Assembly: GCA_964291395.2 (NCBI GenBank)
Contig: OZ219856.1
Coordinates: forward strand, 1,920,001 to 1,984,000
Length of the DNA stretch: 64,000 bases
Direction: 5' to 3'
Source of the DNA: Alphaproteobacteria bacterium
GTDB lineage: Bacteria > Pseudomonadota > Alphaproteobacteria > UBA2966
The notes beneath the pieces were generated by a model that saw only the letters and a list, made by a program, of their open reading frames with translations, made no database searches and was not told the origin of the DNA. Position 1 is the stretch's first letter; each line of letters starts with the position of its first letter. Shown one piece after another: positions 41,657 through 52,279 of this stretch. The position numbers and the translations under genes were made by a program.

Positions 41657-42663
41657 TGGAGGACTTCTTTCTGCGCGCGCTCGGCGGCGGGATCGGGGCG
41701 GCGCTCGCGGCCGGTCCGGTCGGGTGCTTCGTGGTGTGGCGGCGCATGGCGTATTTCGGCACGGCGCTTGCGCACGCGGTGCTCCTCGGGATCGCTCTTG
41801 GCTTTCTGCTCGACATCGAGCCGATCCTGGCAGTCTTCGCAATGTGTCTCCTGCTCGCCGGATGCCTGGTCCTTCTGGAACGCCAGCGGACCCTTTCGGT
41901 TGACGCCCTGCTCGGAGTGCTGGCCCACGCGGTCTTTGCCGCGGGCCTTGTCGTCGTCGCATTCATGGAACGGTTGCGGGTCGATCTGATCGGCTATCTC
42001 TTCGGCGATATCCTCTCGGTGGGCATGGCCGACCTTTGGCTCATCTTCGGAACCGCCGCCATCGTCACCACATCCCTCGCCTGGCAGTGGCGCAACCTGC
42101 TCGCTCTGGTCGTCAACAAAGAGCTTGCCGTAGTGGACGGCGTGCCGGTCGAACGGGTCCGCCTCCTGCTCCTGTTTCTGCTCGCCGCGGTGATCGCGGT
42201 GGGCATGAAGATCGTAGGCATGCTGCTGGTCGTGGCGCTCGTGATCATTCCAGCAGCCGCTGCGCGCCGCATGGCAGCGACACCTGAGCAGATGGCAGTG
42301 GCGTCGACGGCGATTGGAGTCGTAGCCGTCGTCGCCGGCCTGTTCGGATCGCTGGAGTGGGACATTCCAGCCGGACCGGCCATCGTGCTGGTGGCGAGCG
42401 CGATATTCGTCGCAAGCCTGTTCATCCCCGTCCGGGGGGTCCCGCCCGCAACAAGTGACCCGTGGTGCGGTCATCGCTGCCGTCTCGCCGTCACCCGAGG
42501 ATCCGAGTCGCCGGGGTGTATCCGTCATCGAGAGAATCTTCAGGGATTCCGACTGAATAAAGTATGGGGTGGCGAGCCGGGAAAGACAAAACTGCGAACT
42601 TGTTGCTTATCGCGGTTGGACTGCCAGCGCAGAAGAAAAAATTCTTCTAGATCAAATAAATAA
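41656..42663 (+). CDS. znuB: Zinc ABC transporter permease with an aberrant C-terminal extension
   Basis: GCFVVWRRMAYFG, YLFGDIL, IIPAAAAR, PAGPAIV. Homology ends at about 42430. Confidence 0.9.
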   Translation: MEDFFLRALGGGIGAALAAGPVGCFVVWRRMAYFGTALAHAVLLGIALGFLLDIEPILAVFAMCLLLAGCLVLLERQRTLSVDALLGVLAHAVFAAGLVVVAFMERLRVDLIGYLFGDILSVGMADLWLIFGTAAIVTTSLAWQWRNLLALVVNKELAVVDGVPVERVRLLLLFLLAAVIAVGMKIVGMLLVVALVIIPAAAARRMAATPEQMAVASTAIGVVAVVAGLFGSLEWDIPAGPAIVLVASAIFVASLFIPVRGVPPATSDPWCGHRCRLAVTRGSESPGCIRHRENLQGFRLNKVWGGEPGKTKLRTCCLSRLDCQRRRKNSSRSNK

Positions 42664-43313
42664 CTAGGGATGAACCCACAGTGGGAAGCTGGTGTTTCAG
42701 AACCGGTGAGCCTAACCGTAAACGCACTACGAGAAGAAGTTTTGCCATATGCGATCTCTGAGTGTCGGCTTTTGGGTAATCAGCGGTCTCTTGGAGGCGC
42801 AATCGTTGTTGTCAGCAACTAGCCGAGTCTGTTGAAGAAGTCGGTTGAGATCGAATTTGTGTCGTGATTCTCTGGCGCTGACGCTGTCAGCGACGGAGAT
42901 TGAACGATGATGGGTGAGCAACCAGCGGGAAGAAGAGTGATGGCATCCAAGCGGTCACAGCAGCCCTGCGTTGCCTACCACAAGACGGCGATTCCCGGGC
43001 ACGACCCGGAGATCACCGGCATCAGTCCCGGGACACCAGTGGGCGAGTAACTATACGAAGCCAATAGGCAGCGTCACGGGGATGATAGTCCTGATGGCAC
43101 CCGTCTTTTGGGCGTGACCTTCACGGCGTCAGAGCAGCGTCCAGGCCGGTCAGAGCCGAACTGCCCCCGAGTGGGTAACCTAGGGGCATTTGCCGGTTTA
43201 TCCTTGGGATCAATCGGTGTCGTGGATGCCTCAGACATGAACTTCACGGCTAGGCCCGGTAGATTTACGCTGGCCGTAAGCAAGCTGGATCTACTTAATG
43301 GATCACGGAGGAA

Positions 43314-43643
43314 ATGATTGTGGCAATCTACGAGATTCGAACTTATGCGCTGCGTGTCGGCGTAAACAACGAGGTCATCAGCTATTACCAGGAATTGGGA
43401 TGGCCAGCCTTAAAGAAGGGAGGATTTGACAAGAAGCTGATCGGGTACTTCTTTACCGAAACCGGGACAATCAACAGCCTGATTCATATGTGGAAATTCG
43501 ACGACGATCATGATCGCAGGTCTCACTGGGCCGCGATTGCCGGAAATGACGATTTCATGGCCTTTGCGGCAAAATTCAGGCCTCTTGTGCAAACACAACA
43601 GGTACAACTTCTTAATGAAGCACCTTGGGGCCCCCACCCGTAA
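43314..43643 (+). CDS. NIPSNAP family protein
   Basis: IYEIRTY...LIGYFFTETG...HMWKFDD..DR. Confidence 0.88.
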   Translation: MIVAIYEIRTYALRVGVNNEVISYYQELGWPALKKGGFDKKLIGYFFTETGTINSLIHMWKFDDDHDRRSHWAAIAGNDDFMAFAAKFRPLVQTQQVQLLNEAPWGPHP

Positions 43644-43660
43644 GAAAACGGAGATGTAGC

Positions 43661-44281
43661 ATGGACCTAGCTTCAACCGATCATCTGTTGACCACGACGC
43701 GCTCGGTCCGCAAGCGTCTTGATCTGACCCGCCCTGTCGAGCCCGAGGTTATCCAAGAGTGCATCGAGATTGCGCTGCAGGCGCCTAATGGAGGCAATCT
43801 GCGCCAACCTCATTTCGTCGTTGTGACGGACGCGGCGAAGCGCGGAGAGCTGGCTCAAATTTACCGGCGGGCGAGTGCCACGCATCTGGAACGTATGCGA
43901 GGCGTCTACAGCGCGGGTTTATCTGAATCCGCCTCGTACCTTGTGGAGTGCCTACACGAGGTGCCAGTTCACGTGATCCCCTGCATAGAAGGCCGCGCCG
44001 AAAACGATGGCCCGCGAATGCAAGCCACCTTGTATGGATCCGTTTTGCCCGCCGCATGGTCATTCATGATGGCGCTCCGCGCTCGCGGGGTGGGGTCGGC
44101 GTGGACTACCTTCCATCTGGCCTTCGAAGCGGAGGTCGCTGCCCTCTTGGATATACCCGAGGACACAACCCAGGGAGTGCTGTTGCCTGTCGCTTACTTC
44201 ACCGGTGACGATTTCCGGCCAGGTCCGCGCCTACCCGCGCGCGAGCGAACCTACTGGAACACCTGGGGAGAAATACGCTAG
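43661..44281 (+). CDS. Nitroreductase family protein
   Basis: TTTRSVRKRLD, QAPNGGN, RARGVGSAWTT. Confidence 0.9.
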   Translation: MDLASTDHLLTTTRSVRKRLDLTRPVEPEVIQECIEIALQAPNGGNLRQPHFVVVTDAAKRGELAQIYRRASATHLERMRGVYSAGLSESASYLVECLHEVPVHVIPCIEGRAENDGPRMQATLYGSVLPAAWSFMMALRARGVGSAWTTFHLAFEAEVAALLDIPEDTTQGVLLPVAYFTGDDFRPGPRLPARERTYWNTWGEIR

Positions 44282-44476
44282 CTGTCTAGGAGCGATCCAA
44301 ACGTGGCTTGAGGCGCAGGATCTTCTCAAGCAGAACCAAATTTCCCGACTGACCTAGTTGGCCCGCGCCACGTGATACGTCTCGGCATCGTCTGCTGGCC
44401 AATGAAATCGGGGGCTTCTTTTGCCCTCCCGAATACCAGTGATCGAAGCTCCAAACAGAAATCCTAATCTAAAGAG

Positions 44477-45457
44477 GTGAGTGACATGCACGCAGCTTTC
44501 TACGCCAAGAAGGGACCGGCAGCGGAGGTGCTGGAAGTGGGCGAGATCGAGACACCCTTACCCCAACCAGGTGAAGTCCGAATCCGGATTGCGGCATCGG
44601 GCGTCAATCCGACGGACGTCAAGAAACGCCAGGGGGCGGACCTCGAGTTTCCCCAAATCGTTCCCCACAGTGACGGTGCTGGCCAAATCGACGCGGTAGG
44701 TGATGGCGTTCCGGAATCGCGTATCGGTGAGCGTGTATGGACAATCTTTGGCCAGTGGCAACGCCCGTTTGGCACCGCCGCTGAATATATCTGCTTGTCA
44801 TCCGACCTGGCGGTACCTCTGCCCGACGGCACGAGTGATGCTGCGGGGGCCTGTCTCGGCATTCCCGTGCTTACGGCCTATCGGGCATTGACGATCGATG
44901 GTGACGTGTCAGGCCAAACGATACTGGTCGCAGGCGGCGCAGGGGCGGTTGGCCATTACGTCGTACAGATCGCCAAACTGCAGGGCGCGGACGTTATCGC
45001 GACTGTCAGCTCTCAGGAGAAGGCCGCGCATGCCAAGGCCGGTGGCGCGGATTACACCATCGACTATAAGCGAGAGGATGTGGGGACGCGTATCCAGGAG
45101 ATCACGGGTGGGCGGGGTGTTGACCGTATCATCGAGGTCGACATAACCGCTAACGCGGCGTCGATTCCCGATGTCGTGCGTCCGGGCGGCACCGCGATAG
45201 TTTATGGCTCGTCTTCACCAACTGCCGAAATCCCCGTTCTCTGGTGTACCCGCAATGACATCACCTTCCACTTCTTCATTCTGTACAGGCTTTCCGCGGC
45301 CGTCCGTGATGCTGCAGCGATCGCCGTGAACGGATTATTGGAAGCGGGCTCATTGCAGCACACGATCGCCGAGACCTATTCGTTGGCCAACATAGTGAAA
45401 GCGCACGAAGCCGTTGAGAGCGGCAAGGTCATGGGCAATGTCGTCGTGACCCCATGA
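44477..45457 (+). CDS. NADPH:quinone reductase (MDR/zeta-crystallin family)
   Basis: SGVNPTD, PHSDGAG, GGAGAVG. Confidence 0.9.
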   Translation: MSDMHAAFYAKKGPAAEVLEVGEIETPLPQPGEVRIRIAASGVNPTDVKKRQGADLEFPQIVPHSDGAGQIDAVGDGVPESRIGERVWTIFGQWQRPFGTAAEYICLSSDLAVPLPDGTSDAAGACLGIPVLTAYRALTIDGDVSGQTILVAGGAGAVGHYVVQIAKLQGADVIATVSSQEKAAHAKAGGADYTIDYKREDVGTRIQEITGGRGVDRIIEVDITANAASIPDVVRPGGTAIVYGSSSPTAEIPVLWCTRNDITFHFFILYRLSAAVRDAAAIAVNGLLEAGSLQHTIAETYSLANIVKAHEAVESGKVMGNVVVTP

Positions 45458-45633
45458 AGGCGTGCCACATGGATGTGTCTGGATCAGAATGTTTTGGGAG
45501 TATGTCCGGAATGGAAATCCTGGTTCCGTTCGCGTTGTCGTTGACGCACGTTTCTGCTGTCGCCCTTCCCAAATTCACGCAGCCGCTCAATCGGTAGGCG
45601 CCTATTTTCATGAACGAGGATTCGAGGTCACCC

Positions 45634-46062
45634 ATGTCAAACAGCAATGCGGTTGAGAACGTTTCCGGTCACTGCCAGTGTGGCGGCGTCAGGTATAAAG
45701 CCCGCGCCGTCAGGCGGCAGATCATTCAATGCCATTGTGAAACGTGTCGTCGTGCCATCGGTAGTACATGGGTGGCGACCCAGGCGTTACGCGAAGATCT
45801 GACCATCGAAGATGATGGCTGCCTGGCGTGGTATCAATCTTCGGAACATGGCCGGCGGGGTTTCTGCAATTCCTGCGGAGCGAGCCTGTTTTTCGACAGC
45901 GAAGGAAGGCCGACCATGTCAATCGCGGCGGGTACTGTCGACCAGCCTTCGGGGTTGGAGTTTGCGGCACACTGCCATATTGCGGCCGCGGCGGATTATG
46001 AGATTTTCACCGATGACCTGCCAAAGTTTCCAGACGGCCAGCACGGGATCGAATACCCCTAG
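45634..46062 (+). CDS. GFA family protein
   Basis: GHCQCG, CHCETCRR, FCNSCG. Confidence 0.88.
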   Translation: MSNSNAVENVSGHCQCGGVRYKARAVRRQIIQCHCETCRRAIGSTWVATQALREDLTIEDDGCLAWYQSSEHGRRGFCNSCGASLFFDSEGRPTMSIAAGTVDQPSGLEFAAHCHIAAAADYEIFTDDLPKFPDGQHGIEYP

Positions 46063-46217
46063 AATATGCTTGTTCGGCCGAAGGCTTGAGCAACCACCGA
46101 CGAGACGGCCGCAAAAACACCACACGCCATCCTGATCGGTCTCGCACTATGAACTATCGTGCGCGGGCGTGACCGGGCAGGGATGACCGGCCCCCACTGA
46201 GTGGTCCGATATCATTG

Positions 46218-46385
46218 TTAGTGCATTGAGGGTATCCGTTCCAATGGGATTGTGACCTCTGGCGCTCGTTCTTCCGCGCCAACAATATCGTAGACACATA
46301 TCTCGAACCCGCCCTTGGCGATATTGTCAGCGATGACCTTGCCGAGGTTTCCAAGGCCAATAAAGCCAACCTTCTCCTGGCTCAT
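46218..46385 (-). pseudogene. Truncated N-terminus of a 3-hydroxyisobutyrate dehydrogenase family gene
   Basis: MSQEKVGFIGLGNLGKVIADNIAKGGFEICVYDIVGAEERAPE parallels the start of the 36895 gene, then stops. Confidence 0.75.
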
Positions 46386-47190
46386 GCTGCTTTCTCCTCT
46401 CTCCTCTATCTGAGTTAGGTCGTGTCGGTCTCTCGATCCCAGTAAACCCGTGTCGGCGTCGTCCTTGGAGACGACTGCGCTTTCGGACCTCCGACCGGCT
46501 GACGTATCGCACACACTGGATCACTCCACTAGGATCACACGCCACGATACATCTCATAGCGTAAGGACCTTGCGCTTGGCGCGCTTTAGGCGTATTCGAC
46601 ATCGACTAAACCAAGACACTGCCGCTGCTGGAACTGGAGAATTCTGCCGGCAGCATTGCCTCGCAGAGAAGAGACATCTAAGCACAATGCGTCCAGATTC
46701 TTCCGTTTAGCCGACGAGGTGGGGGTGGAGACCCCCCTCGCAGATCTAGCACTGACGTAATACGACGCCCTGTTGGAATCCACTTCGCCTGTGACAAGAA
46801 GCTTGGCGGTCCAAGACGGGTAGCCTGCGACGGTTTGGCGGGTACTTCGACCGGGCTTCGCCATGCCCCTAGCGCGGCCCCAACGACGCCCTCCCACTTC
46901 GGTGACAAATGTCTCGGCCATTCTAAATGCAGCCTGCGAAGAAGCGGGTGTCGAGGCCCCAACACTCAGTAAGTCCTAGAGCGTATTCCCGCGAATCCCC
47001 ACCACCGCGGCGATCAACATGAGCGTCGTCAGGTCAGTAATCAGCAATCGCATCCAAAGATGCTTTTGCAGATCATGGATGCTGCCGGTTCGGTTTGTTG
47101 CAAAACTTTGAGAGTGTTAGCTACGCTAGGTGACTTGGAACCGCGCCGCCTGTTACGATAATTGTGACCACCTCAAAGTGGAGGTACCCC

Positions 47191-48735
47191 GTGGCGACCA
47201 CCGTGCAAGGCTACCCAGAGATTAGCGAACGCAGCCGCGGCTGGCTGCGCTACCTGCACCGCAAGGCGACGACCCCCGACAATTGGGACAAGGACGGCCG
47301 CCCCAATGCCCATTGGGATAACATCAGCGACGAACCGCGGCGATCATTTCACCGCTTCGACCTTCTCGAATCGGGCTACGCCATTGGCCTCATGGCTGAC
47401 ACGACGCCGGCCTGGCGGGAGATTTACAGCACCATCCTCGATGAACTGAACGAACGCTCCACCAGCTGGTGGGCGCACGAGGACTGGCTGACGATGATTG
47501 GTGAGGACCCACGCCGCGCCCAGTATCCCGACGAGTGGTACGAGGCGTGGATTCCGGAGTTCCTGCGCGGCCGTTACGACACGCCCGGTTGGCCTGCCAA
47601 TGGGGTCGAACCGTGGGGCCGGCAGGATGATGCCATGACGGCCGACGGTATCGTCGGGTGGAAGGGAAATTTCCTCACGTCGCTTGGTCTGCATAAGTAC
47701 ATCAGCGGAAACGACAAATGGAACGAACCATTTGACATGGTCCGCGACGGCGAAAACACGTTCACCCACACCTATACGGAAATTGCTCAATACTTGTTCG
47801 ATATGTGGTCGCGGAAGCCCGAGGGCTGCCACTGCGAAAACACCAAGATATGGCCCATGTGACTGGGCAACGCGGGCCTCGGTCTGAGGCTCCACGACAT
47901 CAACTACGGGAGTGACCTGCACCGGGTCTTCGATAGTTGGTGGGAATACTCTTTGGAGCACTATATTCCCCTGCGCGAGGATGGGCGGATCGGCGACGCG
48001 TTCACCGTCTACTACGACCCCATCATCGACTATCACCACCGGGTGAGCATGCGCCCGGGGGGCAGCCCGTGGGGCCATTACGACAAGCTTCACTTCGTCA
48101 TCGGCATGACCCCGCAACGGCACGATGTGGCACGCCAATTCTTCTATTCGGCGGCCGAAGGCTTTGGCTGGCGGACTCTGGATCCCGCAGACGAGCCGCC
48201 AGGCCGACCACGTGCGACGCTCTATGGCATGGCCTTTGCCCGCGAATACGGCGACCACGCCCTCTATGCCAAACTCAAGGCCCTCTCCGAGGAGAGGCAT
48301 GAACCGACGTTCGATCCCGAGACCTTGGAGTTCACCTGGAGGTTCGGGCTTGACGAGCCGCACCCGCGCGGCCAATTCAATGCCAGCGCCGCGATGGCCG
48401 AAGCCATCAGCGAAGGGGCGTGGTGGCGTATCTTCAATGAACCCAACCTGCGCAAGTTCATCGATCCGACCGTCTACGCGGTCGACTTCCCGACCGTCTG
48501 CCTGAGCCAGGCGATCTACGACGAGGTCCGCCGCACGCTGATCGTGGCGACCGACGCCGGCGTGCCGGCCGCACGTGGCAAGCCGACAACGTTCCGCGTC
48601 ACCAACATCGACCCCGACGCCTGCAGGGTCTTCATCGACGGCGAGAAGAGCGATGACTGGAAGGAGGTCGAGGGCGACATCGAAGTCTCGACCACGGTCG
48701 GTGCCCACACGTTCCTGATCAAGGTGGGCAGCTAA
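47191..48735 (+). CDS. Second linalool dehydratase/isomerase-like paralog with in-frame UGA at codon 224 (probable selenocysteine), 514 aa
   Basis: GTG start after GGAGG. Read through: GCHCENTKIWPM-U(47860-47862)-LGNAGLGLRLHDINYGSD. The frame stays open to TAA 48735 and is collinear with 7131-8648. Confidence 0.85.
47863..47899 (+). promoter_or_regulatory. Putative bacterial SECIS element, copy 2
   Basis: Same hairpin as copy 1 at 47874-47892, with GGTCTG at +19..+24. Confidence 0.75.
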
Positions 48736-48843
48736 AGCGCCGATAGATCACGCGCGGTGGAATTGCTCCACCTGATCAGCACTCAATCGTAGGTCAACGG
48801 TCAGGGCGATGACTGGCCTTTCCGATTGGCCAACCGATTTCTG

Positions 48844-50133
48844 CTACTCGTAGATGTAACCCAGCATTGACGGTATCCACGTGGTCAGTGCCGGCACATA
48901 GGTCACAAAACCCAGAATGACCAATTGAGCCAAACAGAACGGCAGGATCGCTACTGAGATCTTTTCAACACTGACTCTTGCTACGGGGACTGTCGCGAAA
49001 AGCACGGTCCCCACCGGCGGTGTCCCGAGCCCAATAACCAAATTGATGATCATCACGAGAGAGAAATGGATGGGGTCTATACCAAACGCGAGGGCCACCG
49101 GCATCAGAATAGGCCCCAATATGAGTATGTTCGCCGTGGCATCCAGGAGCATACCCATCACAAGAAGAAAGATGTTGATCAGGATGAGCACCACGATCTT
49201 GTTCGTCGTAATCTCGGTCAGACCCTCGGCAATGATTTTCGGCACTTCCAGAATAGTGAGGAGCCACGCAAAGGGAGCTGAGGCCCCGACAAGCAAAAGA
49301 ATCACACCCGTCGTCACGCCGCTGCGGAACACGCAATCGATAAGCTCAGGAAAGGACACATTCCGATAAACGACCAACGCCAGAAAGGCCGTATATCCGA
49401 CGGCTATTCCAGCTGCTTCAGTTGCCGTGAAAACACCAAAAATGATCCCGCCGATGATAATCACCGGCAACATGAGAGGCAGTATTGAGTCTCGAAACTG
49501 CTTGAGAAATTCGAGAAGACGGAACTTTTCGGAGTGAACCGGATACTTCCTCCGGACACTGATGACGTACGCAACGATCATCAGCGCAGTTCCTATCAAT
49601 ATACCGGGGATGATCCCTGCTGCGAAAAGGCCGCCTATGGAAACCCCAAGGGTGGACCCATATATGACCATGCCGACGCTGGGAGGTATGATCGCTCCTA
49701 TCATCGAAGAGCTGGCTGTCACCGCCGCGGCAAATTCCGGATCGTAACCTTCATCCTTCATGACTGGGATGAGCACGGAGCCAACGGATACAGCATCTGC
49801 CACTGCAGATCCGTTCAGGCCGGCAAAAAGCATGCTCACCACAATGTTGACTTGTGCGAGCCCTCCCCTGATCCAGCCCACGATACTGTTGCTCAGCTGA
49901 ATGAGCTGATGCGTGATTCTCGCGGTGTTCATCAGGTTCCCCGCCAAGATGAACAGGGGGATGGCCATGAGAGGAAAGCTATCCAGCGATGCGAACATTT
50001 CGAGAGGAATCACCTTGGGTGAGAACCTCATGAAGAACATGGTGGAGATCAGGGGGATCAGCCCGAGGCAAAACCCGATCGGAATGCCCATGACGATCAG
50101 TAATCCGAAACCGATGAGTATTATGGCTACCAT
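48844..50133 (-). CDS. dctM: TRAP transporter large permease
   Basis: FPLMAIPLFILAG, GSAVAD, IIPPS, TATEAA, TPPVG. Confidence 0.93.
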   Translation of the reverse strand: MVAIILIGFGLLIVMGIPIGFCLGLIPLISTMFFMRFSPKVIPLEMFASLDSFPLMAIPLFILAGNLMNTARITHQLIQLSNSIVGWIRGGLAQVNIVVSMLFAGLNGSAVADAVSVGSVLIPVMKDEGYDPEFAAAVTASSSMIGAIIPPSVGMVIYGSTLGVSIGGLFAAGIIPGILIGTALMIVAYVISVRRKYPVHSEKFRLLEFLKQFRDSILPLMLPVIIIGGIIFGVFTATEAAGIAVGYTAFLALVVYRNVSFPELIDCVFRSGVTTGVILLLVGASAPFAWLLTILEVPKIIAEGLTEITTNKIVVLILINIFLLVMGMLLDATANILILGPILMPVALAFGIDPIHFSLVMIINLVIGLGTPPVGTVLFATVPVARVSVEKISVAILPFCLAQLVILGFVTYVPALTTWIPSMLGYIYE

Positions 50134-50184
50134 CGTTTCAAATATTCCTGTTTGCCTACCATCTCATCGTCGACGGAAATCAGG

Positions 50185-50727
50185 TTACCTGGCCTCATCG
50201 CAGAATTTCGAAACCAGATCTTCCAGCATGAGATAGAGCAGGTGGCTCAGCAGGAACGCGCCTGAGATCGGCATTCCGAACATCGCCCACATCACGCGCA
50301 CGTTCACGGCCCACGAAAACCCCGGGTTGGTAAGGGCCTGCTGAACGCCGAGCACGACGAAGCACACCAGAAAGAAGAGAATTAATCCCTTCCCGGCAAA
50401 CAGGACCCAGAACTTCGCGTTGTCGCTCAATCGATTGACGGCCATCGAAAGGCTTACGTGCTCGGACGTGCGCAGCGCACAGGCGGCCCCGAAGTATCCC
50501 GCCCAAACCAAGCTCCATTTTGTGATGTCCTCGGCCCAGAGGAGCGCATACTCGATCACATACCGGCAGAACACTTGCACCAGGACCAAGGTGGCGATAT
50601 TGAGCATCAGCAGTATGAGGAGCCATTTCCCCACAAAGTACGTCCCGTCGCTGAAGTGCCTTGCGTACTTCAGGCTCACCAGTAACGTTCTCTGAAATTG
50701 ATTCTTCTCGCCCATTTCCGAACCCAT
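50185..50727 (-). CDS. dctQ: TRAP transporter small permease
   Basis: QVFCRYV...WAEDIT...HVS, four TM segments. Confidence 0.88.
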   Translation of the reverse strand: MGSEMGEKNQFQRTLLVSLKYARHFSDGTYFVGKWLLILLMLNIATLVLVQVFCRYVIEYALLWAEDITKWSLVWAGYFGAACALRTSEHVSLSMAVNRLSDNAKFWVLFAGKGLILFFLVCFVVLGVQQALTNPGFSWAVNVRVMWAMFGMPISGAFLLSHLLYLMLEDLVSKFCDEAR

Positions 50728-50894
50728 GACAATTCCTTGGCGGTACCGCCGGGGTCACGAGAGCCGACAGCACGCCGGAAACACCTGAGTGCCCCAGACG
50801 GAGGAGGGCCGCGTTGGGGAGGCTCCAGCCTGTCTAGCGGCGTTGGATGCAGAGCAACACCGTCAAAGCCGTAATTGTATAGGTGCAAACGGAA

Positions 50895-50926
50895 AGGGAG
50901 AAAGGGACGGCCGTCCCTTTCTCCCT
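50895..50926. terminator. Perfect 32-bp palindrome between dctP and dctQ
   Basis: AGGGAGAAAGGGACGG|CCGTCCCTTTCTCCCT. Confidence 0.6.
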
Positions 50927-50955
50927 ACGCCTATATTGCTAGAGCGCAAATTCCC

Positions 50956-52002
50956 CTAATAGTCTTCCACCGGGATTTGAGCGTCCTGGATCCGCTTTAT
51001 GAATCCTCTATCCAGATTCAGCTTTTCGATAAGAGGATCCCAAAGGGCCAGGGCCGGATCGATCCACTGCTTCAGCTCTTCCTTCGTGGGGTGGTAGATC
51101 TTGGCCTTGTGATTTGTCACCGCCCCCCGCGAACCTTTGTCACTGAGGTATATATCGGACATGTGACCCGCCATCTCAGCCTCGGTAGACGCACGGTCTA
51201 CGACAGCCTTGAGATCCGCGGGCAACTCGTTCCATCTGTCGAGATTCATCACGCCGATATGCCAGACGCCGATCCCTCCCGTCATGGTTATATGCTTGGC
51301 AACCTCGGTATGCTTGTACTGGTAGCTCCACAGGGAATTTGAAAAGAGACCTTCGACGATTCCCTGCTTGAGACTGGTGTAGACCTCCGACCACGGTATG
51401 ACGACCAGCTGGAAACCGTAACCCCCATAGACTGCCTGATTGATGGGGGAGGCTACGACCCGCATCTTGATGCCTTTTGCATCTGCCGGTGTCTTGACCT
51501 CTTTTCTCGAGTTGAAAATATTTCGCGGCCCACCGATAGGGAACATCATCAGGTACTTGAAACCGTCCTTCTCGACTCGCGCTGCAATCTCGTCGCGAAG
51601 AGGCCCGGTCACCAGATTGAAGTCGTTTTGGCGGCCATAGACGAGGTAAGGCAGATCGAACGGCAGCATAGCCTTACCCACGTGGGCATAGTTCCCGTTA
51701 GAGGTATAAGCAACGTCCAAGGTTCCTTGGGCGACCGATTCCAGGAGTTTCTTGTCACTTCCCAACGAGCCGGAATGATGTACCTCGACCTTGATGCGCC
51801 CTCCGGAATATTTTTCCGCCCGATACTTGAATTCTTCAACAGCCCAGTACGTCGAGAGTGCCGGGGTTCCTGTATGGCCCACCACGATTGTAAATTCTTG
51901 GGCGTGAACGGGTTGATTTCCGATCAGTCCGATGAGCACGGCAAGCCCAAAGGACAAAGCCACGGCCCTCATCCGTCCCAATGACAGACGTCTAATTTTC
52001 AT
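50956..52002 (-). CDS. dctP: TRAP transporter substrate-binding protein
   Basis: Signal peptide, GSLGSD, KMRV, EVYTSLKQG. Confidence 0.9.
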   Translation of the reverse strand: MKIRRLSLGRMRAVALSFGLAVLIGLIGNQPVHAQEFTIVVGHTGTPALSTYWAVEEFKYRAEKYSGGRIKVEVHHSGSLGSDKKLLESVAQGTLDVAYTSNGNYAHVGKAMLPFDLPYLVYGRQNDFNLVTGPLRDEIAARVEKDGFKYLMMFPIGGPRNIFNSRKEVKTPADAKGIKMRVVASPINQAVYGGYGFQLVVIPWSEVYTSLKQGIVEGLFSNSLWSYQYKHTEVAKHITMTGGIGVWHIGVMNLDRWNELPADLKAVVDRASTEAEMAGHMSDIYLSDKGSRGAVTNHKAKIYHPTKEELKQWIDPALALWDPLIEKLNLDRGFIKRIQDAQIPVEDY

Positions 52003-52279
52003 CGCTCTCTCCTCCCATTTATGGTTTTGAAGACGTTTGATGCCTTCTAGCCCGTAGGCCCTATCGCCTTTCGAAACATGGCCCTCAACTGGGCACGATA
52101 CATCTAGTGAGGACGTCTCATCCTCAGCGGAGTCGCCTGGTCACGACATCCACACACAAACGCTATCGCACGGAGGCGTGATAGAAAAATTTGAATTTCA
52201 AAAGTCTCTGATCGGACTTCTCTATCAAAAGGTGTATGCTCGTTTCGGCGTCCATTTAGACCTTGGACGGGGGTCGCAC

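Noticed and set aside
42500-42520. att-site duplicate of the tRNA-Arg 3' end (TCCGAGTCGCCGGGGT, similar to 53585-53605)
   Set aside because: Short, imperfect and in the wrong orientation relative to the tRNA to be a direct att repeat.
46586-46965. Short ORFs upstream of the second LinD-like gene
   Set aside because: No recognisable motifs or RBS. Possibly degraded mobile DNA, but not supportable.
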